Below the pieces are notes generated by a model, which was not told the DNA's origin, did not search any database, and saw only the letters and a program-made list of their open reading frames with translations. Shown here piece after piece: positions 43,613-52,907 of a stretch of 64,000 nt of DNA. Every line of letters starts with the position of its first letter. Position 1 is the stretch's first letter. A program made the position numbers and the translations under genes. Source of the stretch: Desulfobacteraceae bacterium (GTDB lineage Bacteria > Desulfobacterota > Desulfobacteria > Desulfobacterales > JAABSP01); the NCBI GenBank assembly GCA_011390135.1, contig JAABSZ010000001.1, forward strand, positions 13,312-77,311, in the 5' to 3' direction.

Positions 43613-44419
43613 ATGGAAACGAAAACAGACAGCCAAACCCAGAAACAGAAGCGCCTCCGGGTCTGCGTGCTCGCCAGCGGCAGCAAGGGCAACGCCATCT
43701 ATGTCTCGGACGGGACCGCGTCGATTCTCATCGATGCGGGGCTTTCGGGAATCGAGATCGAACGGCGCATGGGGGCCCATCATCTCTGTCCGGAATCCCT
43801 CACGGCAATCCTTGTCTCCCATGAACATGCGGACCATGTCCGGGGGGTGGGGGTTCTCTCCCGGAGATACGGGCTGCCGGTCTACATGACAAAGCGGACA
43901 CTTGCCGCTGCCGAGCCCCAGGTCCGAAAGCTCCATATGGCCTGTTCAATGGAGTGCGGCGCCCCTTTCAAAGTGGGTGCATTGACCATTCACCCCTTCT
44001 CCACCTCCCATGATGCAGACGATCCGGCCGGATTTACGGTGGGCCTCAACGGAACCAAAATCGGGATTGCCACCGATCTGGGGATCGCGACCGCGATGGT
44101 GAAGACCCACCTCTCCGGCTGCTCGCTTCTGGTGCTGGAGAGCAATCATGATCCTGAGATGCTGATGAACGGCCCCTATCCCTGGCATCTGAAACAGCGG
44201 ATCAAGGGCCGAAAGGGGCATCTTTCCAACTTCGATACGCGGGATCTGCTGGGAAGTCTTCTCCACGACGGTCTCTCCCATGTGGTGCTAGCCCATCTGA
44301 GCGAGGAGAACAACACGCCGGAAAAGGCTTTGGCTGCGGTGGGGCCCTCCCTGAAGGATCGAAATGTCCAACTGGTTCCCGCGCTGCAAAGCCGGTGCGG
44401 AGATCTGATCCGCCTGTAG
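43613..44419 (+). CDS. MBL-fold metallo-hydrolase
   Basis: RBS aaggatggagg. ..ASGSKGNAIYV..ILIDAG.., HxHxDH motif SHEHADHVRG, ..ESNHD.., ..GHLSN... Confidence 0.8.
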   Translation: METKTDSQTQKQKRLRVCVLASGSKGNAIYVSDGTASILIDAGLSGIEIERRMGAHHLCPESLTAILVSHEHADHVRGVGVLSRRYGLPVYMTKRTLAAAEPQVRKLHMACSMECGAPFKVGALTIHPFSTSHDADDPAGFTVGLNGTKIGIATDLGIATAMVKTHLSGCSLLVLESNHDPEMLMNGPYPWHLKQRIKGRKGHLSNFDTRDLLGSLLHDGLSHVVLAHLSEENNTPEKALAAVGPSLKDRNVQLVPALQSRCGDLIRL

Positions 44420-44504
44420 CCCCTTGTGCCGCGTTTTTCCGGCTCGGGTGAAACGGGGTTGAAACATTTTCCACCCAAAAAAAACAAAATGGAATATTTT
44501 TTTG

Positions 44505-44533
44505 TTGACGAAATCGATTCCTCCGGATATCTA
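44505..44533 (+). promoter_or_regulatory. Possible sigma-70 promoter for the TauE/DUF1634 genes
   Basis: TTGACG (44505-10), 17-nt spacer, TATCTA (44528-33), about 85 nt upstream of the ATG at 44618. Pattern match only. Confidence 0.3.
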
Positions 44534-44617
44534 TAGAAAAGTTATGAGAAGGTTGCAAATTGTAGCGGCGCCCTTTTTGGGGCCAAACCAATTTTTTTCA
44601 AGATCAAGGAGGAACAG

Positions 44618-45562
44618 ATGGGAAAAAACGGCAGATACGCAATGGGGCTCTTTCTCTGCTGTACAGCGATCCTGCTGACGGCCGCCCCTGCCATCGCGCA
44701 GAACGGAATTGACAACGGGGGACATTCCTGGTGGTTCTGGCCGCTGCTGCTCTTTATCGTAACCTTTGTGATGGGCATCCTCGCGGTGCTCGGCGGCGTC
44801 GGCGGCGGCGTTCTCTTCGTGCCCATCATCAGCGGTTTCTTTCCGTTTCATCTTGATTTCGTCCGCGGCACCGGCCTCCTGGTGGCCCTCTCCGGAGCCC
44901 TGGCCGCAGGTCCGGGCCTTTTAAAGGCCAACCTGGCAAGCCTCCGCCTGGCCATCCCCGTTGCCCTGATCGCATCCTCCTGCGCGATCGTCGGGGCCAT
45001 GATCGGCCTTGCCCTTCCCACCAATGTCGTGCAGATCGCGCTGGGGGTAACCATCCTCGGCATCTGCATCCTGATGCTCAGCGCAAAGAAATCGACCATC
45101 CCCGATGTTCAGGAGGCGGACAAACTCTCCTCCGCGCTGCGGATCTACGGCGTCTATTACGAGCCGAGCCTCAAGCAGAACATCAACTGGAAGGTGCATC
45201 GGACCCCGCTGGGGCTCTGCCTCTTCGTCATCATCGGCGTGATGGCCGGGATGTTCGGCCTCGGCGCAGGGTGGGCAAACGTACCGGTCCTGAACCTGCT
45301 CATGGGCGCGCCGTTGAAGATCAGTGTGGCCACCAGCAAATTTCTCCTCTCCATCACCGACACCTCGGCCGCCTGGATCTACATGAACAAGGGGTGCGTC
45401 ATCCCGTTGATGGTGGTTCCGTCCCTCGTGGGGATCATGCTCGGCTCCTTTGTGGGGGTGCGGCTGCTGAAGGTGGCAAAGCCGACCTTCATCCGGTGGA
45501 TGGTGATCGGTATTCTGGCGTTTGCGGGCCTGAAGGCCCTTCAGAAAGGGATCTTCGGATAA
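44618..45562 (+). CDS. TauE/SafE family anion exporter (sulfite exporter-like membrane protein)
   Basis: 314 aa with about 8 TMs. GGVGGGVLFVPI and a duplicated 4-TM architecture. Confidence 0.7.
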   Translation: MGKNGRYAMGLFLCCTAILLTAAPAIAQNGIDNGGHSWWFWPLLLFIVTFVMGILAVLGGVGGGVLFVPIISGFFPFHLDFVRGTGLLVALSGALAAGPGLLKANLASLRLAIPVALIASSCAIVGAMIGLALPTNVVQIALGVTILGICILMLSAKKSTIPDVQEADKLSSALRIYGVYYEPSLKQNINWKVHRTPLGLCLFVIIGVMAGMFGLGAGWANVPVLNLLMGAPLKISVATSKFLLSITDTSAAWIYMNKGCVIPLMVVPSLVGIMLGSFVGVRLLKVAKPTFIRWMVIGILAFAGLKALQKGIFG

Positions 45563-45671
45563 AAAATTCCCGCGGGAACAGACTACCGGGAAAAAGTACG
45601 ATCCGAATCATCAGATCAGATTATAAGACCGGATCATAAAGACCAGATCATAAAGATAATGGAGGCGTGAC

Positions 45672-46097
45672 ATGGAAAACAAGACGGATGTCTCCCTGGA
45701 GGCGAGCGAAGAGCAGTTGCTCTATGCGAAATTTCTGGAAGTCGGGATGTATGTGGGGCTGGCCATTCTGCTTATAACCTATTTTCTCTATATTTTCGGC
45801 ATTATGGAGCCGTATATCCCTTTGTCGGAGGTCTCTCATTACTGGTCCCTGAATGTGGGGGAGTATCTGCATGAGGCCAACATCCATGCGGGATGGTCCT
45901 GGGTGCGGATGGTCGGCTACGGCGATTTTATCAACTTCATCGGCATCGCGATGCTGGCCGGTGTCACCATCTTCTGCTATATTGCCATTATCCCGCTGCT
46001 CATCAGAACCGGAGACACGGTCTATGCCGTGATTGCCGCTCTGGAAGCGCTGGTTTTGATTCTGGCGGCCAGCGGCCTGATCACGGGCGGACACTAA
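45672..46097 (+). CDS. DUF1634-like small membrane protein
   Basis: 141 aa with 3-4 TMs, placed directly after a TauE gene, as is typical for DUF1634. Confidence 0.5.
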   Translation: MENKTDVSLEASEEQLLYAKFLEVGMYVGLAILLITYFLYIFGIMEPYIPLSEVSHYWSLNVGEYLHEANIHAGWSWVRMVGYGDFINFIGIAMLAGVTIFCYIAIIPLLIRTGDTVYAVIAALEALVLILAASGLITGGH

Positions 46098-46129
46098 CCG
46101 GAACCCGGAGGACAAAGGAGGGAATAGAA

Positions 46130-46684
46130 ATGGCGCTGAAAGCAAAAGTCAAAGATCGGATGATCCCCCTGTCGAACTACTCGACGGTCTCCAAGGATGC
46201 GACACTGGAGGAGGCGGTGATGGCGCTGCGGGGTTCCTTCTGTGAACTGGACAGCCAGTCCTGCACCGAAGCGGGCCACCGGACAGTCCTCGCGATGGGT
46301 GAGAGCGGAAAACTCGCCGGTATCCTCGATTTTGCCTCAATACTGAGAACCCTGGTTCCCGAGGTGGCCGGAGGCTGGTATAAGCGCCTCTCCTCTGCCG
46401 GCGTAACGGCCGCCTTTGCCGAGGCCGACGCGGAGGGGCTCGACGAGACCCATCTCGATCTCTACGAACGGGTGCGGAAGAATGCCCGGGTCAAGGTGAG
46501 CGATATCATGCTCAAGGTCCGGGGGACCATCGAAGCCGATGCCAGCCTGATGGACGCGCTGAAAATGATCTTCAAAAACCGGATCACCAAGCTGCCGGTG
46601 GTGGAAAACGGCAGGCTTGTTGGGGTGCTGCGGGATACGGATCTTTTTCTGGCAGTCGTTGAAATCCTTGAAGAGAAGCACTGA
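46130..46684 (+). CDS. CBS-domain pair protein with an inserted AAFAEA-containing linker
   Basis: ATG at 46130 after aaaggaggg. CBS units (VKDRMIPLSNY.., ..LAGILDFASIL.., VKVSDIMLKV.., ..LVGVLRDTDLFL). The longer ORF from 45893 overlaps the previous gene and was rejected. Confidence 0.7.
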   Translation: MALKAKVKDRMIPLSNYSTVSKDATLEEAVMALRGSFCELDSQSCTEAGHRTVLAMGESGKLAGILDFASILRTLVPEVAGGWYKRLSSAGVTAAFAEADAEGLDETHLDLYERVRKNARVKVSDIMLKVRGTIEADASLMDALKMIFKNRITKLPVVENGRLVGVLRDTDLFLAVVEILEEKH

Positions 46685-46693
46685 CCCGATTAC

Positions 46694-48163
46694 GTGGAAC
46701 GGCCCGAAACCCCACATGTCCGAGATCTCTTCGATGGTCATCGTCTTGTTCCTCTGGATGAACTCATGGACGAGATTCCGATGGGGATCGTTCTGCTGGA
46801 CGATTCCCGCCGGACCCTCCGGATGAACCGGTTCCTGGCGGCCCTCACCGGCTTTCCTCCCGAGGAGATCCACCGGTATCGGATTCCCTGCCGCCAGGTC
46901 ATCAGAAGCCGCCTCTGCGTGACCGGTTGCCCGGCAAAAGGGATGAATGCCGATTCTGAGCCCGTCACGGTGGAGAGCGATCTCATCGACCGGAACCGGC
47001 AGCTCATCCCGGTGAGGATCACCCTGTCGCCCATCCGGGATACAGCCGGCGAGCTTGCCGGATTCATGGAGTCGGTGGAGGATCTCAGACCCATCCGGCA
47101 TTTGGATGCCCGACAGGAGGGCGGATACCGGCTTTCGGGGATGATCGGCAAGAGCCCGCCCATGGAGAAGGTCTTCCGCCTGATCCCGGCCATCGCGCAG
47201 AGCGACTCGTCGGTGCTGATCACCGGGGAGACCGGAACCGGAAAGGATATGGCCGCAGAGGCGATTCACATGGCCTCCCCCCGATCCAAGGGCACTTTCG
47301 TAAAGGTCAACTGCGGAGCCCTGCCCGAAACCCTGCTGGAGTCGGAAATCTTCGGCCACCGAAAAGGGGCATTCACAGGCGCGGTTGAGAACAAGCCGGG
47401 CCGGTTCCGGATGGCCCACAACGGAACCCTCTTTTTAACGGAGATCGGGGACTTCCCCCTGCCCCTGCAGGTGAAGCTGCTCACCTTTCTCGACGACCAT
47501 GTGGTCTATCCCCTGGGGGGCACAAAGGGCTTCGAGGCCGATGTCCGGGTGGTGGCCGGCACCCATCGGGACCTGGCCGGGATGGTTCGGGAGGGGCGGT
47601 TCCGGGAGGATCTTCTCTTCCGGCTCAACGTGGTCCGGATTCACCTGCCGCCCCTGCGGGAGCGGGGGGAGGACGTCCGTCTGCTGCTCGATCATTTTTT
47701 AAACACCTTTGTCGAACGGTTCGGCAAGCCGATCAGCGGCTTCTCCGCGGATGCCCTTGCCCTGTTGAGCCGCTATCCGTACCCCGGAAACGTCCGTGAG
47801 CTGAGAAACATCGTGGAATATGCCGTCAATGTCTGCAATGAGGCGAAGATCCGGCCCAGACACCTGCCAACCTATCTCTCGGAGCCGGCCGGAACCGAGT
47901 CCTTTTTTTCGGGCCCATCTCGTCAGTCCGGTCTATCGAGCCCCTTGGAAACCGGCCAGTCCGATCCCTCCGGAGACCTTTCCCCTGAACCCGGCGGCCC
48001 CATCGCTGAAGAGGGAAAAACCTGGACCGAAGTGGAAAGAGAGATGATCATGGATGCGCTGATTCGGGCCAAGGGAAAAAGGGGCCAGGCCGCAGATATC
48101 CTCGGCTGGGGCCGTAGCACTCTGTGGCGGAAGATGAAGCAGCACGGCCTCGACGGAACATAA
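46694..48163 (+). CDS. Sigma-54-dependent transcriptional activator (PAS + AAA+ + Fis-type HTH)
   Basis: Walker A GETGTGKD, ESEIFGHRKGAFTGA (GAFTGA loop), ..LFLTEIG.., ..RFREDLLFRLNV.., C-terminal HTH QAADILGWGRSTLWRKMKQHGL. The start is uncertain (GTG 46694 or ATG 46766). Confidence 0.85.
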   Translation: MERPETPHVRDLFDGHRLVPLDELMDEIPMGIVLLDDSRRTLRMNRFLAALTGFPPEEIHRYRIPCRQVIRSRLCVTGCPAKGMNADSEPVTVESDLIDRNRQLIPVRITLSPIRDTAGELAGFMESVEDLRPIRHLDARQEGGYRLSGMIGKSPPMEKVFRLIPAIAQSDSSVLITGETGTGKDMAAEAIHMASPRSKGTFVKVNCGALPETLLESEIFGHRKGAFTGAVENKPGRFRMAHNGTLFLTEIGDFPLPLQVKLLTFLDDHVVYPLGGTKGFEADVRVVAGTHRDLAGMVREGRFREDLLFRLNVVRIHLPPLRERGEDVRLLLDHFLNTFVERFGKPISGFSADALALLSRYPYPGNVRELRNIVEYAVNVCNEAKIRPRHLPTYLSEPAGTESFFSGPSRQSGLSSPLETGQSDPSGDLSPEPGGPIAEEGKTWTEVEREMIMDALIRAKGKRGQAADILGWGRSTLWRKMKQHGLDGT

Positions 48164-48192
48164 AATAGACAGCACATGAAACCCAACAACAC

Positions 48193-48537
48193 ATGAAAAA
48201 GATTTTGGTTCCCTTATACGGCGCGGAGATCGCCCCCCGCTTCGATCTGGCCACCGAAGTCCTCCTTCTCTTTCCAAAGCCGGAAGGCCGAGCCTGGGAG
48301 GAGCGGATTCTCGTGGTCTCCCACCCTTCGGCCGAAGAACTCTGCCGTCTTATCCTGAAAGAGGAGGTGGAGACGGTGATCTGCGGCGGCATCGAAGATG
48401 AGTATTACCAGTACCTGAACTGGAAGGGGATTTTTGTTTTAGATTCGGTGGCCGGCCTCTGGAACCGGATTCCTGACCGGCTGCAAAAGGATGATCTCAA
48501 AGCCGGAGAACTGCTCTATGACCAGATCCAACAATGA
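48193..48537 (+). CDS. NifB/NifX-like (dinitrogenase FeMo-cofactor-binding fold) small protein
   Basis: MKKILVPLYGAEIAPRFDLATEVLL.. ..VETVICGGIEDEYYQYLNWKGIFVL fits the NifX/NifB C-terminal family pattern. Confidence 0.55.
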   Translation: MKKILVPLYGAEIAPRFDLATEVLLLFPKPEGRAWEERILVVSHPSAEELCRLILKEEVETVICGGIEDEYYQYLNWKGIFVLDSVAGLWNRIPDRLQKDDLKAGELLYDQIQQ

Positions 48538-48550
48538 TTGGGAGGCGCCA

Positions 48551-50293
48551 ATGATGACCCGGGCCAAAAGCTGGCTGTACACCACTATCCGCCATTTTCT
48601 GTCGATCCACAAGATTAGCGACGTGTCCTCGCGATATATCATCCTTCGGCGGAATATCACCCTGATCATGCTCTTTGTAACCATCGTCCCCCTGACGGTC
48701 ATGGGGGCCATCAACCATTTCCAGTACCGGGAGAGCCTCAAAAACGAGGTGATCGAGCCTCTACGGGTGCTCCTCAACAAGACCCGCCACTCCTTTCATC
48801 TCTTTTTAGAGGAGCGGCTCTCCATGATCCGATTCATCTCCTCGGCCTACACCTTTGAACAGCTTTCGGACCCGGCGACCCTGAACCGGCTCTATCGGGT
48901 CCTGAAGAATGAGTTCGCGGGGTTTGTCGATATCGGCCTCATCAACGGCAAGGGGCTTCAGGTCGGATACGCCGGCCCCTACTCTCTCGAGAACAAGGAC
49001 TATTCCCAGCAGGCCTGGTTCCAGGAGGTGCTCATCCGGGACTCCTTCATCAGCGAGGTCTTCATGGGGTATCGGAAATTTCCCCATATCGCGATCGCGG
49101 TGCAGCGGGTAGAGCATGACGGGACATACTGGATGCTGCGGGCCACCATCGATACGAACAAGTTCGACGAGATCATCTCAACAATGGAGATCGATGCCAA
49201 GAGCGACGCCTTCATCGTCAACCGGGAGGGGATCTTTCAGACCCATTCCCGATATTACGGCGATGTTCTGGAAAAAAGCCCCTTCGATATCCTGCAGGGG
49301 GCATATGAGACCACCATCGATGAGACCATCGATCCCCTTGGCCGGGAGGTGATCGTCGCGTACGCAAGCTTTGACAAGCCCAGCTTCTCCCTGGTAGTGG
49401 TCAAGCCAAGGGACATCATCTTGAGAACCTGGATCACCCTGCAGGGGGAGATGTTCTTCATCTTCTTCGCCAGCGTCTTTGTGATCATTGTGATCGTCAT
49501 CAAGCTTTCGGATGTGATGGTCATGAACATCAAGGAGGCCGAGGAGCGGCGGGAGAACGCGATCCACGAGCTGGAGCAGAACCAGAAGCTCTCGGCCATC
49601 GGCCGGCTGGCGGCCGGGGTGGCCCACGAGATCAACAATCCCCTGGCTATCATCAATGAAAAGGCCGGCCTTATGAAGGATCTGGTTACCTATTCTCCGG
49701 ATTTTGAAAAGAAGCAGCGGTTTCTGGATCTGCTCACCAGCATCATCAATTCCGTGGGCCGGTGCAAGACCATCACCCACCGGCTGCTCGGGTTTGCCCG
49801 GCACAAGGAGCCGAGGCTCGAGCCGCTGGACATCAACCATCTGGTGCAGGAGGTGGTCGGCTTCGTCAACAAGGAGATGGTCTACCGGAACATCGATCTG
49901 CGCACCGAATTTGCAGAAGATCTTCCCCGGGTTCTTGCGGATCAGGGGCAGGTACAGCAGGTCTTTTTGAACATTTTAAGCAATGCCCTGGCCGCGGTTC
50001 ACGACAACGGCAGGGTCTCCATCACCAGTTGGGAGGAGGACAAGCTGAGTGTCGGCGTCTCCATCCAGGACAACGGCTCCGGAATGACCGAGAAGACGAT
50101 CCAGCGGATCTTCGACCCCTTCTTCACCACCAAGAAGGCCGGCGGCACCGGACTGGGCCTTTTCATCACCTACGGGATCGTCAAGAAGCTGGGCGGAGAC
50201 ATCAAGGTCCACAGCCGGGAGAACGAAGGCTCCACCTTTACGATCTATCTGCCCAAAGTCAACGGGGAGACGGATAAGGAGAAAGCGGAATGA
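48551..50293 (+). CDS. Sensor histidine kinase (two TMs flanking a Cache-like periplasmic domain, HisKA, HATPase_c)
   Basis: RBS ggagg. H-box AAGVAHEINNPLAII, N-box NILSNAL, DNGSGM, GTGLGL. Confidence 0.85.
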   Translation: MMTRAKSWLYTTIRHFLSIHKISDVSSRYIILRRNITLIMLFVTIVPLTVMGAINHFQYRESLKNEVIEPLRVLLNKTRHSFHLFLEERLSMIRFISSAYTFEQLSDPATLNRLYRVLKNEFAGFVDIGLINGKGLQVGYAGPYSLENKDYSQQAWFQEVLIRDSFISEVFMGYRKFPHIAIAVQRVEHDGTYWMLRATIDTNKFDEIISTMEIDAKSDAFIVNREGIFQTHSRYYGDVLEKSPFDILQGAYETTIDETIDPLGREVIVAYASFDKPSFSLVVVKPRDIILRTWITLQGEMFFIFFASVFVIIVIVIKLSDVMVMNIKEAEERRENAIHELEQNQKLSAIGRLAAGVAHEINNPLAIINEKAGLMKDLVTYSPDFEKKQRFLDLLTSIINSVGRCKTITHRLLGFARHKEPRLEPLDINHLVQEVVGFVNKEMVYRNIDLRTEFAEDLPRVLADQGQVQQVFLNILSNALAAVHDNGRVSITSWEEDKLSVGVSIQDNGSGMTEKTIQRIFDPFFTTKKAGGTGLGLFITYGIVKKLGGDIKVHSRENEGSTFTIYLPKVNGETDKEKAE

Positions 50294-50652
50294 AATCGAT
50301 CAGCGTAATGCTTGTGGACGATGAGAAGGAGTTTGTCGATACCCTTGCCGAGCGGCTGGAACTGCGCGGGATCGGCGTCCGGGTGGCCAACGACGGCGAG
50401 ACAGCGCTGCCCATGATCGACGACGATCCGCCGGATCTGGTGTTTCTGGACATGATGATGCCCGGCATCGGTGGCCTGGAGACCCTGAAGCGGATCAAGG
50501 AGCGCCATCCCGCGGTTCAGGTGATCCTCCTGACCGGCAGGGGATCTGATCAGGATGGTATGGATGGGATGAATATGGGGGCTGCCGATTACATCATGAA
50601 ACCGATCGAGATCGACCAGCTCATGGAGAAGCTGGAGAAATTCAATAAATGA
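50290..50652 (+). CDS. Single-domain response regulator (receiver)
   Basis: ATGA overlap with the kinase gene. VDDE, DLVFLDMMMPG, LLTG and YIMKP are all present. Confidence 0.85.
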   Translation: MKSISVMLVDDEKEFVDTLAERLELRGIGVRVANDGETALPMIDDDPPDLVFLDMMMPGIGGLETLKRIKERHPAVQVILLTGRGSDQDGMDGMNMGAADYIMKPIEIDQLMEKLEKFNK

Positions 50653-50773
50653 TTCATAATGTTTCAGATTGTATTAAGTCCATTGTTTTAATATGTTTCA
50701 AAAGGATTTATATCCTCCACCGGCATTGAGCAACAAAGTGTAAAAGCCTTTGATCCAGGGCGTTTTCACTTTT

Positions 50774-50789
50774 TGGCATCATGGTTGCA
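50774..50789 (+). promoter_or_regulatory. Sigma-54 (-24/-12) promoter
   Basis: TGGCATcatggTTGCA has exact GG-N10-GC spacing and a near-consensus TGGCAC-N5-TTGCW. It lies 98 nt upstream of the ATG at 50887, with a sigma-54 activator encoded 2.6 kb upstream. Confidence 0.7.
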
Positions 50790-50886
50790 TATATTAAAGT
50801 GTCAATAGAATGAGCCAATGGGAAACCATCCTCACTAAAAGAGGGAGGAGCTTTCCCGCCAAACCTGATCTGAAAGGAGTGCAACC

Positions 50887-51078
50887 ATGAGAAAACTGAT
50901 GGAGAAGATCGAAAAGACCTTTATGGCGGCCGCATTTGCAGAGGCCGATTGCCATGATACCGCGCTGGAGATCCTCGATACCCCGGCGACCCGAAGGAGC
51001 AGCCGCAGCCTCGATGATTTTTTAAGAGATGTGGGCCTGGATGAAGTCCGCTACAGCTATGTGCTGGCGCGGGTCTGA
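50887..51078 (+). CDS. Small protein (63 aa) carrying the AAFAEA motif
   Basis: RBS aaaggag. ..KTFMAAAFAEADCHDTALEIL... First ORF downstream of the sigma-54 promoter. Confidence 0.55.
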   Translation: MRKLMEKIEKTFMAAAFAEADCHDTALEILDTPATRRSSRSLDDFLRDVGLDEVRYSYVLARV

Positions 51079-51106
51079 TCCTATAGAACGGTAAGGGATC
51101 GGTTTC

Positions 51107-51628
51107 ATGGGAATCAACCTTCTGATAGTCGACCCGGACACCGGCTTCCGGCAGAGCCTTTGCCGGCATCTGGTGGCCGCGCCTTTTGAGGTCTTTGAAT
51201 CCGATGGGCGATGGGGATTGAAAAAACACATCAAAAAGCATAACATCGATGTGGTACTGCTCAGCCTCAACGAACTTCGGGAGGAAGGACTTGCCCTGCT
51301 CGAGCGGATCAAGCGGTTTCGGCCCCTGGTGGAGGTGATCCTCATCAATGGAACGGGGCAGCTTTCCTATTCCATCGAGGGGATGAAACTGGGGGCCTTT
51401 GATGACATCCTGGTGCCCTTTGACCTGAGCCGCCTAACCCGGCGGATCAGGGACGCATGGGAGCGGAAGCGGGAGAAGGAGAAGACCGAAAAGTCGCTCT
51501 TTGCCCGGTATCAGGATATGATGACGGCCGCGGCCTTTGCCGAGGCCGGTGAGCCGGACATGGCCCTCGAGATTCTGGAAAAGGAAGCTGTCGAGGCCGA
51601 AAAGAGGAGAGGCCCGAAAGACGAGTGA
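51107..51628 (+). CDS. Pseudo-receiver domain protein with a C-terminal AAFAEAGE tail
   Basis: Receiver fold, but the acceptor position reads LLSL (Ser instead of Asp), LTG is replaced by ING, and the conserved Lys is replaced (DILVPF). The tail is ..MMTAAAFAEAGEPDMALEILEKE... Confidence 0.7.
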   Translation: MGINLLIVDPDTGFRQSLCRHLVAAPFEVFESDGRWGLKKHIKKHNIDVVLLSLNELREEGLALLERIKRFRPLVEVILINGTGQLSYSIEGMKLGAFDDILVPFDLSRLTRRIRDAWERKREKEKTEKSLFARYQDMMTAAAFAEAGEPDMALEILEKEAVEAEKRRGPKDE

Positions 51629-51667
51629 TCCATAAAAGAAGCGATCGACGATCGTAAGGAGAGACCT

Positions 51668-52144
51668 ATGGATAAGATCAAAGTTCTGCTGGTAGATGAT
51701 GAAGAGGAGTTCGTAAAGACTTTGGCCGAGCGGATCGAGATGCGCAACCTCGGCTCCGACATCGCCTACAACGGCGAGCAGGCCCTGAAGGTGGTCAAGG
51801 ATGAGGTTCCGGACGTGATGATTCTGGACCTGAAAATGCCCGGCATCGACGGGATGGAGGTTTTGCGCCGGGTCAGGAAAGCCTATCCGGATGTGCAGGT
51901 GATCATGCTTACGGGCCACGGCTCCGACAAGGACGAAAACGAGGCCCGTCAGCTCGGCGCCTTTGACTACCTCCAGAAGCCGGCCGACATCGACAAGATC
52001 GTTTCGACCATCAAGAATGCGTACCAGAACAAGGTGCAGAAGTCGATCATGGCCGCCACCTTTGCCGAGGCCGGGGAGTTCGACACGGCCCGGGAGATGA
52101 TGAAAGAGGATGACCCGAAGAAGAAGGGTTCCGGCAAAGACTGA
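51668..52144 (+). CDS. Response regulator receiver with a C-terminal AATFAEAGE tail
   Basis: VDDEE, DVMILDLKMPG, MLTG and YLQKP are intact. The tail is ..IMAATFAEAGEFDTAREMMKED... Confidence 0.8.
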   Translation: MDKIKVLLVDDEEEFVKTLAERIEMRNLGSDIAYNGEQALKVVKDEVPDVMILDLKMPGIDGMEVLRRVRKAYPDVQVIMLTGHGSDKDENEARQLGAFDYLQKPADIDKIVSTIKNAYQNKVQKSIMAATFAEAGEFDTAREMMKEDDPKKKGSGKD

Positions 52145-52167
52145 AAAGGGTGATAAGGAGTACGCAA

Positions 52168-52809
52168 ATGGAACAAAAGCCCGATGGCCTCGGCTGGAAC
52201 GGCCTTCAGTTCTTCGGCAGAATCTCTGCATCCATCTCCCACGAGATCAAGAATGTCCTTGCCATCATCAATGAGAATGCGGGGCTTCTGGAGGACTACT
52301 GCTTTATGGCGGAAAAGGGAAAGCCGATCGATCCGGCCCGCCTGAAAGGCATCAGCGAAAAGATTGCAAAGCATGTCATACGGGGCGACGGGATCATCCG
52401 GAACATGAACCGGTTTGCCCACAGCGTGGACGAGCCGAATCACCAGGTTGACATCGCGGATCTTCTGGAGCTGATGATCGCGCTGAACAGCCGATTTGCC
52501 GCGAACAAAAATGTTCAGGTCGCGCATAAATCTCCGGCCGAGCCCCTGGCCATCCCGGCCAATCCCTTTTATCTGGAGAACCTGCTCTTTTTGTGCCTTC
52601 AATATGCAATGGATGCGGCCGGCAGCCGCGGGGCAGTCACCCTCATCCCGAAAAAAGAGGCCGACGGGATTGCCATCGTCATGACCGGCCTTGCCGATCT
52701 TTCTGCCCCCTTTCCAGGGCCGCCGGAAACTGCGCTGGCGGAGGCCATTGGCGCAACCCTTACAACGGATTCGACAGCAAAGAGCCTGACCATTGCCCTG
52801 AAAAAATAA
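52168..52809 (+). CDS. Soluble HisKA-containing protein with a degenerate ATPase domain
   Basis: RBS aaggag. H-box SASISHEIKNVLAIINENAGLL. The C-terminal region has no recognisable DxGxG or GxGxG ATP-lid boxes. Confidence 0.6.
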   Translation: MEQKPDGLGWNGLQFFGRISASISHEIKNVLAIINENAGLLEDYCFMAEKGKPIDPARLKGISEKIAKHVIRGDGIIRNMNRFAHSVDEPNHQVDIADLLELMIALNSRFAANKNVQVAHKSPAEPLAIPANPFYLENLLFLCLQYAMDAAGSRGAVTLIPKKEADGIAIVMTGLADLSAPFPGPPETALAEAIGATLTTDSTAKSLTIALKK

Positions 52810-52907
52810 GGTAAAGATGGGATTGATTTTCCCGGGAGAATAGGCTACCATTAAAAGATGAAGATAATTCAACTTTTAAATGCAACTAAAACGAAAAGGA
52901 GGGGAAG

